From positions 806,001 through 870,000 of the forward strand of contig OZ025803.1 of NCBI GenBank assembly GCA_964019425.1: a stretch of 64,000 nucleotides of DNA. The letters are read 5' to 3'. Source of the stretch: Flectonema sp. DT1601. Its lineage: Eukaryota. The translations under genes were made by a program, and so were the position numbers. Of this stretch, positions 43,181-56,200 are shown in pieces (the stretch's first letter is position 1; every line of letters begins with the position of its first letter). The notes under the pieces were generated by a model that saw only the letters and a list, made by a program, of their open reading frames with translations, did no database searches and was not told where the DNA came from.

Positions 43181-45366
43181 ATTCAGATTGACATTATCTG
43201 TTCATACTTTTGACTACCTGAGTAAAGATAAAAATAATTATCATACGTGACTTCGAACCCTAAGAAAGATCTGCTGATCAACAGACTGATAAAAAACACG
43301 TGGAAATAAAAGAAGAAGAAAAAAAGAAACCACAAGGAAACGGGAAAGAAGCTGGGAAATGAGGGAAGAAATTTTCAATTCATCTGCCGATCCAGACAGC
43401 AGGTTCTCCGTCGGCGTTTCGTAAGCTTCCATAATCGCAAGTGGCTTACTCTTGGTTTCTTAATGCAGCTGTCATCAACAGACACTAATACCAGATTGAT
43501 ATCCTGTGTTGACTCGCCTCTGACAAAATCGACTGCCAGTTTTCTTATTAACCGACGAATTGTACCTGTGTCGTGAGCCTCTTTGAAAGGAAAAAAAAAA
43601 AAAAAAAAGCGGTCTCACCACACATAACGGTATCGCGTGTCAGCAATACGAAGGCAACCAGCAAACTCACACACGGATTACATGAAAGCATCGCTGAGAA
43701 TAAGAAAAAAAGAAAAAAAAAGGGGGGGACAGGCGAATGGCTGGGAGTTTTAAAAAAAATTTGCGTTTTCGTTCTAAATGGTTGATCCAAAGGAAAAGTA
43801 ACATAGCAGGGATTCAGTGGGAGTGCAAGAATTGGATGGGCTGGGTGGCGCTTTTTTTTTTTTCTTTTAATAAAAAACAATTATTTCTGAAACATTCGCA
43901 ACATACATGCTCGCACAAAGACTACAGTAAATCTGCTCTTTTTTTTTTTTTTTTAGTTCAGTTTAGTGAAGACCTCACTTTTAGTGACGACTCTGACAGA
44001 GATCACACATACGCACCTCGCAGAAAAACCTGTCGCAAATTGTCTTCTTCTTTTCTCTTCTTCGTGTGGTCGAACCAAAGGTGCTAAACAAAACCAATTT
44101 AAAAATTTTAAGAAAAAAAAAAAAAAAGAAAGAAAGAAACAGAAATCTATGAATGCCACACTGTCGCAAGCGTCAACAGACACAGCAACACACGTTGAAT
44201 CCTTTTTTTTTTTTTTCTTGTTTCTGAACCTCTATGTTGCAACAATGATCAAGACTGACCTTAGTAAGCCTTGGTCTTGTGCGCTAGAATACTTGTGTGT
44301 TCACAAGAACCTAGATATAAAAAAAAAAAAAAAAAAAAAGCATCAAATAAAATGCTGTTTTTTTTATTGTTATTTTTTTTTTTTTTGAGTTCTAAATCTC
44401 TGGGTATTTCCTGTTCTTCACAGTTCCCTCATCGTTTTTGATATCAAAAAGACGACTTCCTTCCTTCCTTTTTTTTTTTTTTTTTTCTTACATGGAGAAC
44501 ACGCCGGCTTGGGGTAATTTAATACTGCATTTTTGAAGTTGGGAATGGAAAAAAAAAAAAAAAAAATAGAGAAATTATTAGCTAAAATTAGGAGGTAGAG
44601 GCAAGAAGGAAAAAAAAAAAAAAAAAAAAGACTGCTTCGTATTGAAATGGTTGGTAGTAGAGATAGCCCAACTGGAAGTTTTGACGCACCTGTCAAGAGT
44701 CTTCGAGTGAACTAAACAGTAACAATATATTTAAAGTGAGCAACAAGCACGAAAATGCCTGCCAGCAAAATACTACTGAAGAATGAGCGGGAGAATCGAA
44801 CAGCCACTGCTCGTGAGCAGTGTCAAACATAATCATAAGGAGCGGTGTAAGATAAAAATAAGAAGTGTGTAGCTCACTACACAAAAAGAGTGAAAAGAGA
44901 AAATAGCTAAGAAAAACGGGGGTTTTTTTTTCTCTTCTTTTCTTTCTTTAACAATATCAGACCCTGACTGAAATATCTACAACATATTTATTTCGCTAAA
45001 TGCATCAGTTTCTGATGAGAACTACAACAACAAAATAAAGAACACAATACACTACCCGATGGACATATTTAAGGCAAGGGGTAGAAATCAGATAATCAAA
45101 AGTGCTGCTATTTGCAACTTTTAAAAAAACATTTTGACAGTAAAGAAGGTCGGCTCAGATAGAACAAGGACGTTGCTAAATATAACTATCATTTGTATAC
45201 TAACAGGTCAGATAGTCGGCTCACTGACTCTTTTCGTACTTATCTGGCGTCCCAATTGCCGTGTGGTAGATCCGAAGAAACCACAACCGAGGCTTTACCG
45301 CATTATTAAAAGTACCGATAATGAAATAGGTACTTAGCGCAATTGCTTGAGATCGTTGTTCCAAGT

Positions 45367-46377
45367 TCAGACAGGTTTCTTCAAAGCTCTATCAGCCACG
45401 AGCTTGTTAGCCAGACCGGATGACACCCAATCTGGTTTTGTGCTGGTGGCACCCTCAACAGTTAAGAATAGTTCTTTTAATTTCTCATAGTCAGGTTTTG
45501 ACTTAAAGCTGAGGCGTCTAACATAAGACAAAAATGAAAGGAACTGACCTGGCAGTCCCTCACAGAGAGATTCCGGAGTGCAAGAAGCCTTTGATTCGCA
45601 TACTAAATTCAATCTTGCTTTCTTATCAAGGCGACCACCAATACCGAGACCTTGCCAAGGAAGAGAACCCTTCATTAGGTAAATAAATACGTACGCCAAT
45701 GCTTCCATATCATCTCTTCTTCCCTGTTCTGATCCTCTGTGTGTGTTGATACTTACGTATCTGGCGGTTCCTACAAATGGGCGGTCGGATCTGTAAGTTG
45801 AGTGATGTCCGTCAACGATATATTTCTTCGCCAACCCGAAGTCTATAATGTAAATTTTCTCACGATGACCATCATTTCCAATAACGAAGTTGTGTGGTTT
45901 TATATCTCTGTGTAGGATTCCCTTACCATGAACATACGCCATGCAGTCCATGATGCTGGCGGCGACCATTGAAGTGGTTGCTTGAGAGAAGTAGCCGACA
46001 CCTTTCTTAAGAAGGGCGTCGAGTGACGGTCCTAACAATTCCAAAACTAGAATGTTTGATGTGCTGAATTGAAGAAATCCTAATGTCGCAGGGGTATACC
46101 CTGATCCACTGAGTCTATGCATTATCTTGTATTCTGTTTCTAATCTCTCGACCCGTTGTGGGTTTCCTGCCTTTGCTGCTTCGCGAGATCCTCTTTCTTC
46201 GAATTTCATGCACACAATATCACTAGTTCTTGAATTCTTTCCCTCAAAACAGTCCGAAAAACTTCCGCTTCCCACTGATCCCATAACGACGAAGTCACCA
46301 AATACCTTTCCGCTGTGGTCAACCACAACTCTCTTCTTCTTCCTCCTTTCGGACTTTAATGGTACTTTGCCACCCAT
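45367..46377 (-). CDS. Casein kinase 1 family protein kinase
   Basis: GSGSFS, LLGPSL, HRDIKPHNF, DFGLAK, GTARYVSINTH, RRDDME, LPWQG, PDY. Confidence 0.95.
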   Translation of the reverse strand: MGGKVPLKSERRKKKRVVVDHSGKVFGDFVVMGSVGSGSFSDCFEGKNSRTSDIVCMKFEERGSREAAKAGNPQRVERLETEYKIMHRLSGSGYTPATLGFLQFSTSNILVLELLGPSLDALLKKGVGYFSQATTSMVAASIMDCMAYVHGKGILHRDIKPHNFVIGNDGHREKIYIIDFGLAKKYIVDGHHSTYRSDRPFVGTARYVSINTHRGSEQGRRDDMEALAYVFIYLMKGSLPWQGLGIGGRLDKKARLNLVCESKASCTPESLCEGLPGQFLSFLSYVRRLSFKSKPDYEKLKELFLTVEGATSTKPDWVSSGLANKLVADRALKKPV

Positions 46378-46523
46378 CGATCCTATTCACTTAGTGACTG
46401 GAGATCGATTCTGGTTATCGTTTGTGGGCTGTGGAGGAGGAAGAGGTGAGAGATATTAACAGACTATAGCATAAAGAAAAAATAACGAAATCACTTAAAG
46501 CACATAAGACCAAAACACCGTGG

Positions 46524-46640
46524 ATTGAGCAAGCTTTTACTCTTATGCTCTATGTGAGATTTCTGTTCTCACTGAGCTTGTCTTAGGATACCTACAGATA
46601 TGCCGCCCTAGCCAAACTCCCCGCTCTGCGAATATTCTCC
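46524..46640 (-). pseudogene. Short degenerate LSU (28S) rRNA fragment
   Basis: Minus strand reads GGGGAGTTTGGCTAGGGCGGCATATCTGT-AGGTATCCTAAG..GCTCAGTGAGAACAGAAATCTCAC.TAGAGCATAAGAGTAAAAGC, which matches conserved domain V with a small internal deletion. Confidence 0.82.
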
Positions 46641-48911
46641 ACCATTCTGTACCTGAAAAAAAACAGAAAACATAAATACAATTTTTTTTTCTTCAAGCCA
46701 CCACTATCCTGCTCCAATTAGAAAGTAATTCAATGTAACAGTGGGTGGGATAGGGAAATGGGTGCTTACTCTTTTCTCCTCTTTTTAATATAATTTTTTT
46801 TTCTGGGTAGTGGGAGCTCAACAGATATTCTTTAGGTTTTTTTTTCTTCTTAAAGTTTATTTATTCGTTTCTTATGACCTGTTGTGTTATTTTTTTTTCT
46901 AATTATTTCAGTTTTTGTTTTCGTTTTTTTTTTATTTTGTTTTTTTTGTTTTCTTTTTTGCTTTTGTTCCGAGCATGGAGTGCTTTTTTTGCACACCAGT
47001 GCGGTATCACTCCTGACACCGTGCGGTACCAGTTGAGGTCTTTTTTTGGCTGGTGGAAGTGTTCTTATCATCTTCTGCCTCTGAAGATTCACAGTGACTT
47101 GCACGTGACCCATAGAGGAGGAGATCATCGCACTTGTTATGCAGCGAACAGCTCTCAGTATTCAGTCTGACTCATACTCAGGTTACGAGACTTTCTCGGT
47201 TTCGAAAGAATTTCCAATAAGTTATATTAGGAAAGGACAGTACGAATAGAAAAATAAATTAAAAAAAAAAAAAAAAAAGCCCATCCTACTAAGGGAGGGG
47301 TGTTAATCAAAAGTCTTTACTTCTTTTATCGTTCTCAAAGGGATGCAGGGAGGAGTGTTTTTTTTTTTTTTTTTTTTTTTTTTTTCTTCGTCTCTTTTCT
47401 TTTTCTATTTTTCTTATTCCCTTCTCTCGTTTATGATTATTTCCACTGCCCCTCCCCAGACATTTCAGTTTTTTTCATTAATTTCATGTTTTTCCCGCCC
47501 AACACAAAAGTCGGGCTTTCATGTGTAAACAAAAAGGAAAAGACACACACACAAAAAAGAAAAAAGAAAAAAAATCAAATCACGCTAATGTGAGAACGTG
47601 AACTGACAAAGGGGTGTAACGCTTTACTAGTATTCCTTTCACACAATTACAGGTGTAAAAGCAATAGATAAAGATTTATGGATACCCCTCCAAACAAATA
47701 ACAACCAAAAAGAATAAGGTAAAAAAAGAGGGGGAAAAAAAGAAAAAAAAAAGCTTCTTGCTCTCATAAACGATTGTGTATAGAGTTCGTTCTTGAAAAA
47801 AAAAAAAAATAATAAATTGCAAAAATATTATTTGAGAACTCTCACTAGTCTTGGCTGTGAAATATAGCATTATTCTTATTTTTTAAAAAAGCAAAAAACA
47901 AACTTTTTTTTTTTCTTCCAAAGTCTAGCCTTTTTTGTGTAGTGGTAAGCATTCCCTTTTTATGATTGAGGAACTTTATCTGGTTAAGGATCCTTTTATA
48001 AAGAAAAAAAAAAAAACCAACCAATTACTTGTAACCCGTTATGTGTATGAGTGTTGCCGTCCTAACAAGGTGGTGACACCTTCCAAAAGTACCACAAAAA
48101 AAAAAAGAAAAAAACAGGGGAAAAAAAACCAATTGTGATGGGTAGTGAAGTGAGAAGTGGTGTCGTACTATAATTTGCCTTCAGGTGGGGGTGGGGAGGA
48201 GGCTCCCACAGGGGTTTTCACAAACATATCGAAAGTGTATTCTCTCTGACAAAATAATTTGGAGGGAAAAGGGATTCGCCATTAGTGAGGACGGGTAAGG
48301 GAAGTAGTTGTACAAGCGTCGTAACCACGACATCATCTAACCTCTTTTTTTTTTTTTTTTTTTTGAAAATTTTTTTCCGTTCCGACAAGAACGATGTGCA
48401 GAGGTTTACCACACATCATACCATCAACTCTCGACAGCCTCTGAATGGCTGGGTTGTATGAGGAGATGACTAGCAAGATACTCCTTTCACTTATTCTAAA
48501 TTTGCCCCCAGCTGTAATGAAGGGCGCGGATGGCAGACAACTTCGTACTATTTTACTTTAAATAAAAATTGTCAGACGCTAAATTTGCATGTGTGTACCA
48601 GCAGCAAGGAATTAACAGTGCTTTTTTCAAACACACAACTGGATCAGCCTGGTAATCTTTTTTTTTTTTTTTTTCGGAAACCGCACAAACGACTGATTTC
48701 TTCCTCTTTTTTTTTTAATATTTTTATTTTTATTTTTTTTAAAAAAAAGGTTTTATTTCTGTAGATATTAAAAAATAAAAATGTATATTTAGGGAGTACG
48801 GGGGGAGTATCGACGCAAAGGAAAAAAAAAAAATAAAGACCTCTGTGCAAACTATCGTTAATTCCATCCTCAACCTGATAAAGTATTTGCTGCATTGAAT
48901 CGCTAGCAGGC

Positions 48912-50745
48912 TTATCCAATACCAGGCGGGCGCATCATAGCTGATGACTGTTCCATTGGATCGTAGCCGCTGTTTGTATTGTTGTTTTTTGAATAATTAA
49001 TAATAATGAACATATTGTATTTAAATTAAAGTAAACAACATACTCGTCTTCATCTTGGGACGGATAATCTTTTGATACTTCCAGATCGGGGCCTTCCATT
49101 TCCTTTGCAATACGATCATGATCCTCACTGTTAGTTATTAAGTTTTCGTAATGTGATATCAGTGAATAATATAAAAGTAATACATACCCAACAACTCTGA
49201 GAGACTCACCCAACTCAGCAGAAGTGAGAGAGTCAGCGTCAAAGAATAGAATTACACAAGTTGTGTTGTCACAGTAACCAGTTGATGTTGAAACAGCGTG
49301 TTGGACAAGACTGTCAGCTATTTGTTGGTACGAACACTGAAGAAATTGTTCTGCGAGCTGAAGAGGTATTGTAGTCGATGTCGTCGCACTATTTGCCGAG
49401 TCAGCCAGTCCTAACATTGCCATCGCTTCATCGTCTTGTTCTTGAGATGAGACGTGTTCAGCTAAAGCTTGCCGTAGATCGTGTAACTTCTTATCAAATT
49501 TACTCTTAGCATTGTGAATAAATTCCACTACTTCCTCATTACTCAATCTGTCATAGAGTCCATCACTTCCTATTACAATAAATTCATCAACACCCCATTT
49601 GATATCTCTTGTGATTACATCTGGTTCCTGACTTAAGAGATCTCTACAACTCTTATTTCCAAGTGCTCTCGTTACACTAAGTACTCCATTAACACGATTA
49701 CGGAGAATCATACCTCCTCGTTGGATAACACTTTCTACTTCCTTTGATGATTTAACGTTGTGATCATGAGTTAAGACGTCAGGTTTTACACTTCCTTCTG
49801 TTACTTGTCCAACTACTGCACGACAGTCTCCAAGGTTAGCGCAGGTAATTTTATCATCACGAATAAGACAAGACAGAGCTGTACACCCAGCGTCTAGATT
49901 CTCTTTCTCAGCAACGCTCGCAAACTTCGTGTCTGCTGTCTTAAATGCTTCTCTTAGAGAGGATGCTGCCTCGTTTTTCAACCCCCGTCTTCCAATCTCC
50001 CACGGGACCCATTCCATCGCAAATTCTGAACACTGGTGTCCACCATGACCATCAAATATCGCAATGAAATGGTCTTGAGATATGTCACTGTTGTTGTTAT
50101 TTTTGTTGTTGAAGGTGTTTCGGGGGATGAAATTCAATAAAACTAAATAAGATGACTAAATAATCAACACACCTGTCACTACCAGCACCACATAACTGAG
50201 ATATGGAGCCCACGTGTACCGCACGATCTTCTTGTCCATCACACGTTCCTATTGATGTCGAGGTAAAGCTCTGTTTTGATTGGTTTAGTTGTGATATTAA
50301 AGTTGTTTTTATCGTAAGAGAGAAAGAAGAAAAAACAAACCTCAAGACGTCTACCAGAGGTTCCAGTAGGTTGAAGCGGGACTTCAATCTCGCTGCTGTC
50401 AAGCATGTTTTGACAGGCTTTTAGTATTTGAGATCGATCGAATACGGTTTTATCTGTTCCTGTTAACTTCTCAACAGCTTGACTACAAGCTTGACTTACT
50501 TTATAATATATCTGTGGACTCAATAAGATATCTGGTCTACCATTTTGTAAGATGTTTAAAGCAGTTGCAGTTACCCCCACGGGTAAAGCTTCAACGTCTA
50601 ACTTTGCTGTAGCCGAATAATTAACCCTTGCGTCTAAGCTTTTTCTCCTCGAGCCTAATTGCACATTACAATGAGTTTCTGGAACTTGACATTCAAATAG
50701 TCCCAGAGTTCTATTCCCGAAAACCCGGTTCTTCACACCGCTCAT
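48912..50745 (-). CDS. PP2C (PPM) family protein phosphatase; introns 50271-50340, 50088-50172, 49128-49187, 48970-49043
   Basis: QEDR, FDGHGG, GCTA, ANLGDCRA, SVTRALG, GSDGLYD, DNTT. All four GT-AG junctions preserve frame; stop TAA at 48912-48914. Confidence 0.88.
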
Positions 50746-51049
50746 TGTGTCATGTGGAACCTTGACAGTAGTTTGTATAATTGGGGGGGACCAATTCCTG
50801 TAAATGAATTGTTAAATCTTTGTCAGAACACAATAACATGAGGAATAAACTATCGAAATACACTTTTATAAGGTTTAAAAATAAAAAGACTTCGATAGGC
50901 TTTAGAAGTGTAGAGACCAAGGTTTACTTCACCACTTCATTTAAAGTTAAAGGTAATTATGCGAGTCAGTTTTTTCACTGAAAATATAACTTCTCGAGGA
51001 ATGCGATCTCTGAATGTGGCAGTCTTACCAACGACTAATCGTAAGGTTA

Positions 51050-51838
51050 CTATAGTTCACCTTTACCTGCTTCTTCTGCAGGAGGGATGTGTTCTAGAAG
51101 ACCAGAATCTTTCATTTCCTTAAGCATTTTGCGAGCCTCATCTTCATCCATGTCTCCCTCTTTCATTAGTTCATCGATAGCCATTTCATCGACATCATCG
51201 CGTGCGTACATCTGAAATGCTCCCTCTGGCATCCCTGCAGTCTCCATGCCAGTGAGTTGCTCCTCAGCTTCCATTTCTTTACGAGGGGCCTCAGTAGGTG
51301 TTTCAGAGGCGAGTCCATCAAGTATCTTTTTGGGAATTTTTGGGATTTTAGTTTTCTTGTTGCAGGGACCTGGATCACCGCTATCTCCTCCCTTAACACA
51401 AATATATTTGACAAGTTCTCCAATTGACTTCTTGTTAGCGAATAACTGAGCAGACAAGTCAACGTCGCCCAGTAAAACTGTTGAACAGGTATCGGCTATT
51501 GACTGAACTTTTTTTTGTATTTTTGCAGGTTTTCCGAAATCGACGACGTGGAGGCGTCGGTCATCCTCTTGTTCGATGTCGAGGTATCTCATCCACCATC
51601 CTTCTCTTCTTCTTGGATTACAACTCTGTTCTAGTCTTGTTTGAATATCGTCTTCTGTGAACTTCGCAACTTTAGGTTTCCAATAAGCGGCTTCTTTAAA
51701 TATATTTGCCACACCTTCCCTACAGACTGAACATTGCAAGTGTTTTACAATACCCGGATAGGCAGTCGCTCGCTTCTTCTTTCCATCAACAATAGAAACA
51801 ACAATAAGAAACGTCAAGACAGTTATTTGGCTTAGCAT
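51050..51838 (-). CDS. Secretory saposin-like / canopy (DUF3456)-like protein
   Basis: Signal peptide, LQCSVC plus further spaced Cys, acidic tail ending in KGEL (KDEL-like). Confidence 0.6.
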   Translation of the reverse strand: MLSQITVLTFLIVVSIVDGKKKRATAYPGIVKHLQCSVCREGVANIFKEAAYWKPKVAKFTEDDIQTRLEQSCNPRRREGWWMRYLDIEQEDDRRLHVVDFGKPAKIQKKVQSIADTCSTVLLGDVDLSAQLFANKKSIGELVKYICVKGGDSGDPGPCNKKTKIPKIPKKILDGLASETPTEAPRKEMEAEEQLTGMETAGMPEGAFQMYARDDVDEMAIDELMKEGDMDEDEARKMLKEMKDSGLLEHIPPAEEAGKGEL

Positions 51839-52111
51839 ATTGTATTAAAGCAGTCTGTAGTATAAAGGATTTTTTTTAGAATAAATACAAAGCTAAATTA
51901 ACTGTACGATGACTATAAGATAATCATGTGGTAGTAGAGTGTTGGTCGAGGTCATGCTGGAGATCTACCTCCAAAAGCAATTCATTCGTATCTATTCTGT
52001 GAAAATGGACGAAAACAGTTTTTTTACAAAAACAGAACTATTGCGCGCAAACTGCACAAGAAAATCTCTGAACACGTTTCGAGATTTTTTTTGTACTTCT
52101 ATTTATCGTTT

Positions 52112-52864
52112 TCAGATTGCTTGAAGATTGCAATCCAAGCGAAAGGTCGTTGATAACCCAGCAGCGGGGATGGCCAGCCCTTCAATCGGAACTCTAGTTA
52201 TACAGTCATCGCAGCGAATGTTAAAAAAGTCAGAATGCGAAGAACACTCGATGCAGACCAGCTGCGCACAACCTGTGCAACCCCTGCAGCAGGTGTGCAG
52301 CTTTTTGCAGTTGGAGCATTCCTCTATCAACTGGGTGTCACTCTCACAATGCCTCTCATAACAACCCCCCTCACAACTCCCCTCACCACATACGACAGGT
52401 ATCCATTCTTGAAGCTGAAAGTATTTGACGTTGTAGCGAAGTTTGTCCAATTGATGTGGACTCAAGTCCTCCATGATACTCTTTAGATGCTTCGTTGGGT
52501 ACGTCATCATGTCATGAATTGGATTAAAGTCTTCGCTACGAATCTGAAGGTTAATCTCTCCACTCTCAACCTCAGTACAAGCGGTGTCTAGAAGTGCCCT
52601 GAAATACCCTGAAGTACTAATAGCAGCACTCTTACTCAAAGAGTACACACACTCATCAGATGTTATGATTTTTATATCAGCGCTCTTCCATCTGTTAACT
52701 CTTTTGAGAATTCTGTTTGCGTGTCCCAGTGGTATTCCAATATCAGTCAGGTGGTTAATCTTAATCTTTCCTCGCAAGTCATCAACATTATGTATCTCAT
52801 TGTCAATCAAAACATTCTCATGTTGAGATAAGTTTACATCAGAGAGGTAACTTCGGATGTCCAT
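52112..52864 (-). CDS. SAM + BTB/POZ domain protein with Cys-rich C-terminus
   Basis: SAM-like (YLSDVNLSQH...LTDIGIPLGHANRI), BTB-like (DIKIIT...SGYFRALL...EINL...YFQL) and a CxxC cluster. Confidence 0.75.
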   Translation of the reverse strand: MDIRSYLSDVNLSQHENVLIDNEIHNVDDLRGKIKINHLTDIGIPLGHANRILKRVNRWKSADIKIITSDECVYSLSKSAAISTSGYFRALLDTACTEVESGEINLQIRSEDFNPIHDMMTYPTKHLKSIMEDLSPHQLDKLRYNVKYFQLQEWIPVVCGEGSCEGGCYERHCESDTQLIEECSNCKKLHTCCRGCTGCAQLVCIECSSHSDFFNIRCDDCITRVPIEGLAIPAAGLSTTFRLDCNLQAI

Positions 52865-53298
52865 CTGTTTGATGGAAAGACACTTTTAAGAAACAATATT
52901 GTTATAGTTGTTGTCAAACAGATTGTTGTGATCCATCACTTCTTCGACTAACATTTCGTGTTGCATTATATAAAATATAACTAAGCGACATATCATATCA
53001 TTTGTATTGTTTTGAGGGAAGTGATTAAATTAGTTATTACATCACTGAATCTCTGATAAGTCCGCAGACAGACAATTCATTCATAGTTGGTAGTCATGGT
53101 TGGTACCTATCGGAAGTAAAGTAGTCGTATAAAATAAAACACATAAATCTTCTCAGAAAACATAACAATGTTTGTAAGATGGTGGAAACCTCTCACGATT
53201 AGTAGACTCACTAACATATATAAAACAGATGGTAGCCATCACAGCGGATTAGCTGTAAAGATTGAAACAACAAACCTGATCTGACATCAGCTTTTGAT

Positions 53299-56200
53299 TT
53301 AAGGTTTCTTAAGTGCGGGGAGCCGCCCACTCGCGAAGTCAAATGCTGCTGAAGATCGTCGCTTTCCTTGGTTGTCATCACTGGCAGCCAGATCAGACCG
53401 TGCTACAGATATTCGTCGTACGCTGTGCCGTTTTCTGGTGCTCATCAAAATAGTTTTTAACAAAACAAACAATTGAGCACAATGTCCAAGAACTGATTTG
53501 CCAAGTTTTTTACAATTCTGCGAAAAGACAATTTCCTTACCATCACCAAGTGCGAGGCGAGCAAGTTCCGCAACTTCATCCCTGCAACGTTTGCGAGAAC
53601 GGCTCTTGTCTGAGGGATCAAATGATTTTAACCAGGCAGTGCAGAATTCATCTTCTGACAATCCAACTCTTCCCTCTTCAATTAAAGGATCACAATATGT
53701 TATACACAAGGTGACGAATACTCTTATAGCTGAATGAATCTTTTTTAATTCAGTTGAAGATTGTTTATACTTTAGTAATTCACTCTCAAGATCAGCAAGA
53801 CGTTGATTATATTTCTGTTCAACTGAAAATGATCCTTCCGTCCTTCGGATAATTTTCCGAGAGGAATGTTTTCTCATATTCCCGGCATGGGAGGCTTTTC
53901 GATGCAGAGGCGACAGTACAGGCGCTGCCTCTGTAGGATCACTGTGATGACTTTCAGTGTCGTTTTGCTTAGAGTTGGCACTGTAACTGGTCGATGAATC
54001 AGAGTTCTTAACATGAGATTCCTCACTTTGTAAGTATCCTAAATACCTTTCAGCAGTAACAACTCCTCCAGAAACTCCACACATTTTTTGTAAGTAATAA
54101 TCCTCGCTGATCATCGCTGCGGTCTCCGTTAAACACAATCGTTTTTCCCACATGCAGTGGCTGTTGTATGCATTTCGATAACTCGACCAAAGTGACTTAT
54201 TTACTTCAACAGGTTTTATTATTTCACAAGACTGAGATATCATCCGCAGTCTGTGTCGCTCTAAAGTTGAACACAAAATGATTTCATCAACTGACTGCTG
54301 CCTCGACATCTCCGAAACTGAAAACTGCAACTGAGGGACGACACAGCTTGATAACATCTCACAAATATATTTTTCTCGTGACTTCAAACGAATTGGAAGC
54401 AAACGATACACATCTTCGAAAGAATCACCGTATGCGATGTCAGTTATTTGTGTACAAACGGTTTCTCTTTTTATCAGTTCTGTAACTGTCGAGTCGGTTA
54501 ACACACGGTGAGGGATGAGTACCTCACCAGGAGCTGCTGCTGCACATAATAGCATACTAGTGTACTTACCTGATAAATTAGAAACCAATCCAGATGAAAA
54601 TGGAGTCAGGTCATGATGCTGAGCTACTGCTGGTGAAGGGTACAGTCCGATACAGAGACGGATTCCTCTAAAAAGATATTCACTATTTTCATCAGATGAT
54701 GAGATCGGAGACAAATCCTCCGCAGACTCCAAAGAAGGCGCAAGTTCGAGTCCCATACTTTCAATTTGCATATGCAACGACCACTGAACAGCCTGCACCG
54801 ATCCTGGAAATATATAAACTGCAGATGCCGCACCATCAGATATTGCATGCAAGTCTGGAAGTCGTTGAGCAGCGTATCCATTATACTGACTAGCCAGATC
54901 TTCAGCTAGTTTTGCATAATTATTAAACAGACGATGAAGGTGAACTGAGTCAGGATTATCTCTCAGTTGATCTCTCAAACAATTTCTATTAAATATTCTA
55001 GCACAGCAGATGACTGCGTCAGAACTGATCTTTTGAAGAGAAGTAGGAGTTGTGGTATTCGAAGGAGGTCGCTGAAGATGAATTCGTCTTCGAGAATGTT
55101 CTTTAGAAGTAATTCTTGAAACAGATATCGGATGAAACCCATTCTTATTAGATGATAAAGAGTTGAATAGTGATGTACTTCGTTGAACTGGTCCCTTGAC
55201 GTCAACGTATCCGAAATCATCAATGTGATACAGATTAAGAGGTATTCTATCAACTACTTCTTTACTAACTAATATCTCACCACCAATACTCTTCCTTTGT
55301 ATAAGTGATGCTATATTCACTACTGGGCCTACCAGTACTGTTTTTGATGTTGTTGGGTCTATCTCACCTACCACAGAATCAAAAGCCGTGTGAATTCCAA
55401 TCGCAACCCGCAGTCCTCTAAGCTGCCCTTCATCATCTTTTTGACTTGCCTCGTGCTTGTCAATCTCATCTGGCCATGTTGTTATATTTAATAAGTCTTC
55501 TTGAACTGTTTTGTGTTATTTATTGTTTATTCTTTTTTTTCTTCTTCTTCCCAAGGTTGGCAAGAAATGCAAACCTTTGACAGCCCATTTGACGGCACGT
55601 TCCACTTCATTAAACAAAACTACATAAGTTCCCTTTCTTGACGAAGAAACATATCCCATGTGACTGAATAGATTTGATATAATACAGTCATGTGTTATTG
55701 AGAGAGCGGAAAGATAATTGTTTCCACACTTTCGAAGAAGGTCGTCTTGAGAAGGAACATCACAGATGACGATAGTTGACCAACGTGGTATTGGAATAGC
55801 TTTAAGAGAATAATTTGATTCAATAAAAGAACGATATAACTTCGCGTCTAACATTGGTCTTCTGTCAGGGTTTGAGAAGGACTTGCGAGGAATAGGTTTC
55901 ATAGGTTCCGTCATTTTAGAAATTAAACAATTAGCTTCATTGAGTGAAGTTTGTTGTGTTTGTATTTGGTTTTGAAGATCTGAACATTTCGTATTTGTGA
56001 TGTCAAGTAACCGTTGTAGTTTTGATGACTTCTCCGTACTTCCGGTATCTCTTCCAACACCTCTTCCAATAAAAGCAAGTCTATGTTGTAGAGATGAGTT
56101 ATAAACAATAAAACAATGATGTTCTGGATCAGTCGACGATAAACTAATTGTTCTGCAGGGAGCGAATTTCACTCCACTCAGCAGTCCTCGACTCTCAAAC

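Noticed and set aside
43200..48900. Many short F/K-rich ORFs (outside CK1) and possible snoRNAs in the intergenic region
   Set aside because: The ORFs derive from A/T homopolymer runs, and no box C/D or H/ACA structure could be supported by eye.
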